Of a stretch of 64,000 nucleotides of DNA, positions 1 to 10,749 are shown piece by piece; position 1 is the first letter of the stretch; the number at the start of each line of letters is the position of its first letter. The position numbers and the translations under genes were made by a program. Origin of the DNA: Lingula anatina (Eukaryota > Animalia > Brachiopoda); NCBI GenBank assembly GCA_051362555.1, contig CM120648.1:17356587-17420586 (forward strand), written 5' to 3'. The notes under the pieces were generated by a model that did not search any database, was not told the DNA's origin, and saw only the letters and a program-made list of their open reading frames with translations.

Positions 1-234
1 TCTATATATATATTTATTTATTCATTTATTCATCAGTTAATTGAAAGAATATATAAATGTTTATATTACTCTATTATTTATTTATTTATTTATTCTTATG
101 ATATTGAATGAAATTAGGTAACTAGGTTGCACTCTGGTGATATTTTTACTCGCTCACTCAGCTCTGTGCATTAGATACACTTGGAATGCATGCATGGTTT
201 CAAAAAGAAGTCTCAAAGCAGGTTTATATTGCAG

Positions 235-313
235 ACACCTGTCCTGGGAGTCCGACCTTTATACCATTGTTCTGCGCTCAACACACAGCAAATTAGCAAG
301 TGTGGCCCGTCAG
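235..313 (+). CDS. DCAF17: DCAF17 coding exon (HLSWESDLYTIVLRSTHSKLASVARQ)
   Basis: ttgcAG acceptor, GTaagt donor, 79 nt. Confidence 0.88.
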
Positions 314-3300
314 GTAAGTGCTACTTGATGACATACAGTAACATTTTATGAAAAGTTTGTACAAATTAATATTGAAATCACTTTTGCTTATATTTGAATC
401 ATTTCTGTTGGGTGATTTCTGTTATGGAAAAAGAGATTCTTGAATTGTAGTCATGATGGTAAAAATAGACCTTTAGAACTTGAAAACGGGTCTGAATAAA
501 GTCATTTTATATCTTGGTTTTGGCAGTATAAAATAAATTTGGATGATGATGATAGATTTGGCAGACCTGAATGACTGGATGGGAGAGTGTTCAATTACCT
601 GGAAATTTAGATTTGTGCCATGTACAGGTCTGATTCTCATGATTGTGTTTGTTGTGACAGGCAGGGTTCACACACTCTCCCCTGATGTCTCTGGCTGTGT
701 TCACAGTCTTTCCTCTCAACATTGTAGCTGTAATGGAGGTCAGTAAGCAGGTGGGTAGCTGAAAATTATAAGATAAAAGAGATCAGTATTTCTCAGTCTG
801 AATAATTGTTCAAACATGGTTGCAGTACATGAATGGTTACTATGCTTTGAAAGTTCTTAGATATAGATATATCTTTGTGAATTGTTTATACAATTTGTTC
901 TCATTATATATAATATTTGCTTCAGTAAATTATTTGTGGTCAAAATTAAGAAATCTGTTCATTCCATCCTGCTCTGTTCTCTACTTTTTCTCTTTTGGAA
1001 TTTTTGGAATAGAAAATTCAAGATTTGAAAGATTCTCCACTCCAGTCCAAATTATTCTATTCTCTAGGTGTTTGGTCATGATGTGACAGATGCTATGATA
1101 TCTCAGGGACTTCTAGTTGTCATGCACCAGGGCGGTGGAGTCAGATTGTACAGCTTTGAAACCGTCCTGCTGGAGGTAGAGTATTGGGGCTGGCCTGTCT
1201 TGCTTAAGACTCCCTCTTTCATTATACTCTTAACCCCCCCCTCTCTCTCTCACACACACACACATACATACACTTGTACACACACATTCAGATACACTCA
1301 TATAGAATGGTATTTTGCAAAATTGGTGCGACAAATCTTAACAGTTTACACATTTAATTTATTAAATAATTATGTATCTGCCACAGAGATGGCACAAGTA
1401 AATAAATGTACACATTTCCATGATTTAGTGTGTATGATTTTCCTGTTTATTATTAGACAAATGACAACAAGTAAAATCTCATTTTGGATCTAAACTGGTT
1501 CAAGATACAGTCATTGTCTGAACAAACAGACATTCAGCCATGGTTATACCTCAGGACTACATTCTCTATAATTATAATTATCCTCTCCCCAGGGAAAACA
1601 GTTTAACCTCAGTCTTCAGAGCACACATTCTGGTGGAAGAGGAAAGACAGGGTCTTACCCAGACGGCATTCCTTGTAATGTTAATCTGAAAGGTAAGAAC
1701 ATGTGTGTTATAGTTGTACAGTGGGTAACTTAGCTTAGAGGGCAGTTATAAACAGGTTACCAGAAGCTTTGCATTTCTTTGTGAAACTGCTTATGCATTT
1801 TTCTGACACAGTTCATGCTGTTGTCTCAGAGATCGAGGTTGTAATAAATTTGAAAGTGATGAGCTTTTTTGATTTTATAATTTACTTCAAATTTGTTATC
1901 CATTGTTTCCTTGACTAATTATAAAAATATTTATTTATTCATAATTTTTGATGCATTTTAAACAGTTTTGCAGAAAAAAAAAACAATTATTGTTCTAAAA
2001 CTTTGAAATTACATTATTTTTAGCATAATATTCATGAAATATATATGTAGTGAAACCAAAAGCAAAGTCACTGACAAGCATACAAAGATATATTAAAAAA
2101 AACATGTTATAGAATACCACTAGTAAGGCAAACACAAACAACTGAGTAGATACAAAGTATTTTCTTTATTTTAAAATATTGATGTGTATTTCCACAGAGG
2201 CGCCCCCTGTGTTGTTCCATGTGCGATGTTCGGAGCACAACCTACAGCTGGGTGGAATACCCTGGCATTACATGCTCTGCCCCCAGGGACAGAGAGGCTT
2301 CTTCCACGTCTACTCCCTCGACAAACAGCACTTGGTAATTAAGATACAGATATGTTAGCAAATTCAAGAGTCAGGTGCATGGTTTAGTAATGATCCGATG
2401 GGGAGAGTTGTGAATTTATAGATGATACACTAACTGTAATTTTAAGTCACAAATTCTTTAGATTAGAACATCTCTATTGAGCAGTAGCAACAAAATTGAA
2501 AATCAGGCTACCCTTTAGTTTTACTCTATCTGGTAAACACATGACTAATGCTATATAGGGGAAAAAAATGACATCAGAATAATGTTTGTAAAAGATAGAT
2601 ATTTTCCCCCATTGGAAAGATCAAGTCATTATCATACATGAATGATTTATATTTGTTTGGGTATTTCTTTTTCATTATAAGAAGTTCCCATAAAAGTCAG
2701 TTAATCCACTTATCTGCTAAAATCTTTCTGCAAAATTGTTATAATTAATGAGTTATAAGCATTATACACTCTTGCCCAAAATGGTTGGTACACGGAAAGT
2801 TGGGGATACATATCGCCCTGTTTCTTTCATTATTATTGATATTATCAAATTAATACTGTTTATATTGTTAAATGTGTGAAGCTGGAGGATTGGTGAAGTC
2901 AAGGAGAAACAAACAATGCAAATGTGAAAAAAGCATTAATTTATTTGGTTTTTTTTTCTCATGCCCCCCAAAAGAGTACTTTTTTTACATAACAGTACCA
3001 AGGGAAAAATTAAACATAAATTTACACTGTGATTGACAATTAATATGAAATTAGGAAAAATTGTCAAGAAACATCTTCAGAGTTCATTTTTAATCTAAGT
3101 AGCGGGTATGCCCACCCCGAGCTTGGATAATGGCCTCCAAATGGCGTGGCATACAGTGAACTAGAGTTACAGCGCTTTGGAGAGGAATTCTGGTCCATTC
3201 ATCTTGAAGGGCATCTCGCAGTTCATCTAGATTTGTAGGGGGAGGGTTTCTCCTTTGAATAGCACGACCAAGTTTGTCCCACATGTGCTCAATTGGGTTT

Positions 3301-4670
3301 GCATCTGGGCTTCTTGCTGGCTGTGGCATCAGCTGGATGTTGTTTTGTCGGATATAGACTGCAATTAAGCGGGCTGTGTGGAGAGTTGGGTTGTCATGTT
3401 GCAATCTAAAATTGTCTCTGTATATCCCTCTTGCAAACGGCTCCAGGTATTGCTGGAGAATGTCTCTGTATCTGGCAGCGTTAAGGTTTTCATCCAAAAG
3501 AGGCAATGGGCAAATACCGTTGCTGCAAATGGCACCCCAAACATGTACAGAACCACCTCCTCCAGCTATTGTTTCCTGAATATTTTCAGTTAATAGCCTC
3601 TCCCCAGGGAGCCTACGCACTCTCATAGCTGGAGGAGGTGGTTCTGTACATGTTTGGGGTGCCATTTGCAGCAACGGTATTTGCCCATTGCTTACTCTGG
3701 ACGAAAACCTTAACGCTGCCAGATACAGAGACATTCTCCAGCAGAACCTGGAGCCGTTCGGAAGAGGGATATACAGAGACAATTTTGGATTGCAACATGA
3801 CAACCCAACTCTCCACACAGCCCGCTTAATTGCAGACTATATCCGACAAAACAACATTCAGCTGATGCCACAGCCAGCAAGAAGCCCAGATGCAAACCCA
3901 ATTGAGCACATGTGGGATGAACTTGGTCGTGCTATTCAGAGGAGAAACCCTCCCCCTGCAAATCTAGATGAACTGCGAGATGCCCTTTAAGATGAATAGA
4001 CCAGAATTCCTTTCCAAAAAGCTGTAACTCTAGTTCACAGTATGCCTCGCCGTCTGGCGGCCATTATCCAAGCTCGGGGTGGGCATACCCGCTATTTAGA
4101 TTAATAATGAACTCTGAAGATGTTTCTTAACATTTTCCCCTAATTTCATATTAATTGTCAATCACAGTATAAATTTATGTTTAATTTTTCCCTTGGTACT
4201 GTTATGTAAAAAAAGTACTCTTTTTGGGGGCATGAGAAAAAATAACCTAAATAAATTAACGCTCTTTTCACATTTGCATTGGTTGTTTCTCCTTGACTTA
4301 ACCTATCCTCCAGCTCCACATATTTAACAATATAAACAGTATTATTTTGGTAATATCAATAAAAATGAAAGAAACAGGGTGATATGCATCCCAAAATTTC
4401 CGTGTACCAACCATTTTGGACAAGAGTGTACTTCAACACCTAAATATCAATCTTTGAATAATACTGTATAAAAAAAACACATGCACAGGCATTTTATTTG
4501 GCCATGAAAGTACAACTTCAGTAATTTTCTATTGGTCTCTGCAGGCTGAGGAGGGGGTCCTGGACATGGAGATCCTCTCTGTGGAACCTGACAAAGCTTT
4601 CTTCCATCCTGATGACTCAGGTAGAATAGTACATGTAGGACCTAACCAGCTCAGGTGAGATAAAGGATGC

Positions 4671-4703
<33 letters not shown>

Positions 4704-7700
4704 GCAGCCTCATACACACACATTTACACAAACACATACACAAGAATGCATATGTACACGCATGCATGTATGCAAATTCACACAAGCACATGAACACATA
4801 CACACACACATACACACATACACACACACACACACATACACATACACACACACATACACATACACACACACACATACATACACACACACACACACACATA
4901 TACTTGTCTATGTGTACCAACCGAGGACATCAGCACAACACCATACAACCGAGGACATCTTATTCCTTGGTTAAATCAAAATAAAAACATTCAATTTAGG
5001 GTAAAATCTATTCGAGTATGAATGTTATAAATTAATTTTTTATAAAAACTAATTTTTTGCTGACAAGAATTTTACATTCTAACCGAGGACACACAGGGAC
5101 ACACACACGGACAGACACTACACATTACAACCGAGGACATGCATGCATCTACATGTAATAATGATTGTACTTTTAATGCAAAGCAAATTTTATATAGCGT
5201 TACTTTGCAGCAATTCACATTTTTATGAAATTCTTTCATATTTAAGGTAAATTCCAAAATAACACCAGAGGTGATGATTAAATGAACAGTTATACAATAT
5301 TTAATGCTGGGCTTTGCCACTTTTTTAGAATTGAAGATTATGAGATAAAACATCAATTAATTTAGGAAAAGAAAGGATACTGATGAAATAAAATAAAAGA
5401 CCAAAGAAATTCGTTTTCAAACATTTTATTTTCATAATGCTTATTTTCTATTTAGCACTCTTTTATTATCATGAATTTTATATTTTGATAACACAAAGTG
5501 TCGTCCATTGGATACAGACTTGCACAGTACACAATTTTACAATTGAGGACATCATGCCAGCAGCACCCAAAATTGTGCTTTCTTCCAATTTGATGCAATA
5601 TTATATAATGCTTAACAGCATAATGATCATCAATTTTTTATAATAAAATATTAGTATCATGAATATTCAGAAAATGTGACTAGCAAAGGTTTTCAGGTTC
5701 ATGGAACTCCAAAGTCATACTTTGAAAATGCTAAATGTATACAAGACAGCACTGTACTGAAATGGGTTTCTTTCCATTTTTAACTTTTTTACATAAAATA
5801 ATACAGTTTACTGCCATTTCACATGATCAACTAAGAAAATTGTTGAGATGGCAAAAATATCAATATAACAAGTTTAAATGTCCAATTTCCTCCATTCCGA
5901 ACATTGTGAATGATTGAATCTGACAAACTACAATGATACGAGTTCATTTCCATTTTGGCACTTTTTTTACACAATACAAGATAACAGGTTTACCACCATT
6001 TTTATATAATCAACTAGCAATATTGTCAAGACGCAGAAATTGTCAAACAACCCATTTTACATATCTAGTAAATTCAATAATGAGACTTGTTACATGCCTG
6101 ACAATCAAATCTGAGGAAAACCACTTATATACAAATAAAAGCTGAAGTCCCTCAAAACTCAACCAATCAATCTTATTTTTAAATTTGATTTGTATATAGA
6201 TAACATTGATCACTCTTGTGAGTTTAATGACAACAGGCCTATCGGTTCTCCCTGAAATGTGCTTACAGTGTTACTAATATGCTTTTACTAATAATCATCA
6301 GTTCTGTGAGTTTCATGAAAACAGGCTTTAAGTTATTAGTTCTCCCTGAAATGTGCTTACAGTGTTACATATATGTTGAAAAAAAAAAAAAAAAACAGCA
6401 TAAAATTTGAAAGAAAAGGGCCTGGTCTTGCTGATTTTCAATCTTGACCATTCTTTTACTAATAATCATCAGTTCTGTGAGTTTCATGAAAACAGGCTTA
6501 TTGGTTCTCCTTGAAATATGTTAACAGTGTTGCATGTACACTGAAAAAAGGAGAAAAAAATGCAAAACTTTTGAAAATAATCACCCCATTTCCTCCATTT
6601 TGAGACACTGTATTACACAGTACATGATAACATGTTTACCGTCATATTTATATAATCAACTAGCAATGTTGTAAAGATGCAGACAATTTCAGAGAAACAC
6701 TAACATATTTACATATCTAGTTAATTCAATAGTGGACTGTTTACATGCCTGACAATCAAATCTGAGGAAAACCACTTATATACAAATAAAAGCTGAAGTC
6801 CCTCAAACCTCAACCAATCAATCTTATTTTTAAATTTGATTTGTATATAGATAACATTGATCACTCTTGTGAGTTTAATGACAACAGGCCTATCTGTTCT
6901 CCCTGAAATGTGCTTACAGTGTTACTAATATGCTTTTACTAATAATCATCAGTTCTGTGAGTTTCATGAAAACAGGCTTTAAGTCATTGGTTCTCCCTGA
7001 AATGTGCTTACAGTGTTACATATATGCTGAAAACAAAAAAAAAAAAAAAAAAAAAAAAACAGCATAAAATTTGAAAGAAAAGGGCCTGGTCATGCGGATT
7101 TTCAATCTTGACCATTCTTTTACTAATAATCATCAGTTCTGTGAGTTTCATGAAAACAGGCTTATTGGTTCTCCTTGAAATGTGCTTACAGTGTTACATA
7201 TATGCTGAAAAAAAAACAGCATAACATTTGAAAGAAAAGGGCCTGGTCATGCTGATTTTCAATCTTGATAATTCTTTTTAATTTACTAATAATCATCAGT
7301 TCTCTGAGTTTCATGAAAACAGGCTTATTGGTTCTCCCTGAAATGTGCTTACAGTGTTACTTATATGCTAAAAAAAAAAAAAACAGCATAACATTTGAAA
7401 GAAAAGGGCCTGGTCATGCTGATTTTCAATCTTGACCATTCTTTTACTTATAATCATCAGTTCTGTGAGTTTTATGAAAAGGGGCCTATTGGTTCTCCTT
7501 GAAATGTGTTAACAGTGTTGCATGTACAATGAAAAGAGGAGAAAAAATGCAAAACTTTTGAAAATAATCACCCAATTGCCTCCATTTTGAGACACTGTAT
7601 TACACAGTACATGATAACATGTTTACCGTCATATTTATATAATCAACTAGCAATGTTGTAAAGATGCAGAAAATTTCAGACAAACACTAACATATTTACA

Positions 7701-10688
7701 TATCTAGTTAGTTCAATAACCAAACTGTCAACATGCCTGACAATCAAATCTGAGGAAAACCACTTATATATATCAAAACAAGGCACAACTTCCACAAAAC
7801 TCAACCAATCAATCCTATTTTCAAACTTGATTTGTATATTGGTAACATTGATCACTCCTGTGAGTTTAATGACAACAGGCCTATCGGTTCTCCCTGAAAT
7901 GTGCTTACAGTGTTACTTATATGCTGAAAATGGCAGAAAAAAAACAGCATAACTTTTGACAAAAAATGGCCCGGATATGCCGATTTTTGATCTTGACAAC
8001 CCTTTTACTAATAATCATCAGTTCTGTGAGTTTCATGACAATAGACCTATTGCTTCTCCTTGAACTGTGTTTACAGTGTTGCATGTATGCTGAAAAAAGC
8101 AAAAACAACAGCAAATTTTCTGAAAAAAAAAGCAGCCCATTATGAAGATTTTCAAACTTGACCTGCGTTTAACTAATATTCATCAGTTCTGTGAGTTTCA
8201 TGAAAATAGACCTATCGGTTCTCTTTAAAATGTTGCATCGCATATAATATTATGCTGAGAAAAGGGAAAAACAGCAACTTTGTAAAATTGGCCAGATCAC
8301 ACTGATTACTTTGATTGCAATTTATATAGCATTCCTTCTGGGAGAGATCGATCCATAGTTAGTACGATAGGATCTGGGAACGGTCCCTTAATCGTTTTTG
8401 CCGTGTGCATATCCGAACTGTAGGCCTATATATCAGGACGCGTAATTGTCGGGGCGTCTTTTTTTTTTTCTTTTTTTATTTCACAAAGCGGTTCTTGCAA
8501 ATGCGGTGTTTATGAATATGTGTGCTCTGTGTTAGCGACATGGACCGACAGGGGCCCATTCAAAATATAATTTCACTTCAGTTGTTAGATTTAGTATTTA
8601 TTCTAGCAGCCAGGTGTATAACAAACAGGTCAGATCTACAGGTGAAAAGAAGTGACTGTAGTTCGCAGAGCCATTATGTAATAATAAATGTTTCATAATG
8701 TCATAGCCTTCTTCAAACTGTCAGGGGTAGATTAATTCATAGTTAGCTAAGGGGCCCTTTACACTGGACGGCGTCCTTTCTGCGTCCTGTAGTACGGATC
8801 CATTTGAGAGTACAAAATTATAATACTTAACTTTCTGACAACTGGCCAATCACCAAATATTCATTTTTTTCAACCAAAGCAATGCTTGTACCTCCTTTCT
8901 ACGACCACAGTGATGCCAGTTTCTTGGTCGCACAAAGGACGCCGCCCCAGTGTAAAGGGGGTTTACGGACGATCCATTTACCCTTTTCATTTACTCTGAA
9001 GTATCGAATAAAAGAACTGATGGAATAAAAGTACTGGGTGGAAAAAATCTCAAAATTTAATAAAAGTACTGATGGAATAAAAGTACTGGGTGTAAAAAAT
9101 CTCGAAATTTAATAAAAGTACTAGATGGAATAAAAGTACTGGGTGGAAAAAACCTTTGCACCACTCCCCCCCCCAAAAAAAAAAAAAATGAAATAAATAA
9201 TTATAAATAAAAGTAAAGAAGAAGAAGAGAAAGAAAAAAGCTAGCTATTGATCATTGTAAAAAAAAAAAATTCACCAGGTAAAATTCACTCAGTATTATA
9301 ATTTATCTTAATATATATATATATATATATATTTGCCATGAGTTAAATTTCATAATCGTCAGGGGCCGAAGACCCAGATATGTCGCACCTAAGCCGCCTC
9401 CGAGTGCCATACGGAGACGTTATTCATAGTAAATTTATTCTCAGATATAAGGTTCGTTTTGCATACCTGTAAACTCCTAAGGGTTTATCTTACATAGAAA
9501 TGTGATTTAACATCGTTTAAATCATAAATCGGCATGAAATAATTGACGTTTGAAAACAGGCACAACTTCTTTGCTGCACTTGAAATGATCTCCTTAGCTA
9601 TAAATATGATCCTATCACCTTGCGACATTGCATCATTCGATCGATGTACATGAGTAGTTGTCACTGTTGAAGGGAAAGCACGTCTATTTATAGGAACTGA
9701 AATCAGGTGACGCATGTACTGTTGTGTTCAGAGAGCGACTTCCGCTTGACCTACTTTCCAGTGCTGTTGGTAGAACAGTCGGTAATGAGTTGAGATCTCA
9801 ATTTTCTTCTCATTATACTTCAATTTAAGAAAATAAAAAGCGTGACTTGTACTTGTGTAATTTCCCACCGGTACAATATGTATTTAATAAACATACCGGG
9901 TGGAAGATTTTTGAAAAATTAATAAGCGTACTGGGTGAAAATGGAGCGTACCGGCGGGAAGAAATTTGGAAAATTAATTAACGTACCGGTACGTTTATTT
10001 GATACTTCAGAGTAATTCTTGCACCCTCAAAAGATTGTCGGTCCTAAGATCTACCGAGTGAGCCACAAATTCAGACAGTTCTTCTTTATTTAAACCACAC
10101 CAAGTCAGTTGTACTAATAAAGAAGCGTGCCGTAATATGTAGGTGCGATGATAGTTATGTAGTTACGTAACGGCCTAGGAGAGCTTAATTTGATAAAAAA
10201 GACCTTTAGTTTAAAAATATGAACTTACTGAATATATAGACATCTGAGATATAACATTAGTTTCAGTTTAGTCTGCCCTTTACAGCACAACCGAGGACGC
10301 GGAATTTGGTCCGCCCTTAACAGCACAACCGAGGACGCGTGTGTATAGCCCGATTTCAGATAAAAAGTTGGACAGTATTTCTGATACACTCGTGGCGGGA
10401 ATTTGGCCCGCGCTATACAGCATAACCGAGGACTGGCTCAGAATAGCGTCAAATTTCACCACCTAACTTGAAATGGGCCCCTTTATGCATTCCACTGCTT
10501 ATGTCAACCGAGGACGTCCTCGGTTGGAGGTGTGTCCTCGGTTAGTGGGTTTCGGGCGGGTGTGTGTCCTCGGTTAGAATGCGTGCACAAGAGCACATAC
10601 ACACACACACACACACATACATACACACATACACACACACACATACACACACATACACACATACACACACACACACACACACACATAC

Positions 10689-10749
<61 letters not shown>

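Larger units (their letters stand above)
2767..4428. mobile_element. Non-autonomous fold-back (palindromic) Tc1/mariner element with TA target-site duplication
   Basis: TA|CACTCTTG(C/T)CCAAAATGGTTGGTACACGGAAA at both ends (TA at 2765-66 and 4429-30). Arms 2767-3569 and 3625-4428 are inverted copies around a 55-bp spacer. Confidence 0.93.
4901..10593. mobile_element. Putative non-autonomous DNA transposon inserted in a (CA)n tract, with AACCGAGGAC subterminal repeats
   Basis: Both ends read CTTGT-(N11)-AACCGAGGACA in inverted orientation. Motif copies at 4919, 4947, 5081, 5129, 10289, 10327, 10424, 10506 (forward) and 10516, 10534, 10566 (reverse). Flanked on both sides by CA repeat; no transposase ORF. 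Confidence 0.62.

Noticed and set aside
3090-3818. The 242-aa ORF as a full-length transposase
   Set aside because: Its first ~64 codons are the antisense of the opposite palindrome arm, and it lacks the DNA-binding domain and the first catalytic Asp.
4651-4984. ORFs rich in CV/HT (also 10504-10894)
   Set aside because: These are translations of (CA)n/(TG)n microsatellites.
5990-8230. CRISPR-like array
   Set aside because: Eukaryotic context, repeats are long and tandem without unique spacers, and there are no cas genes.
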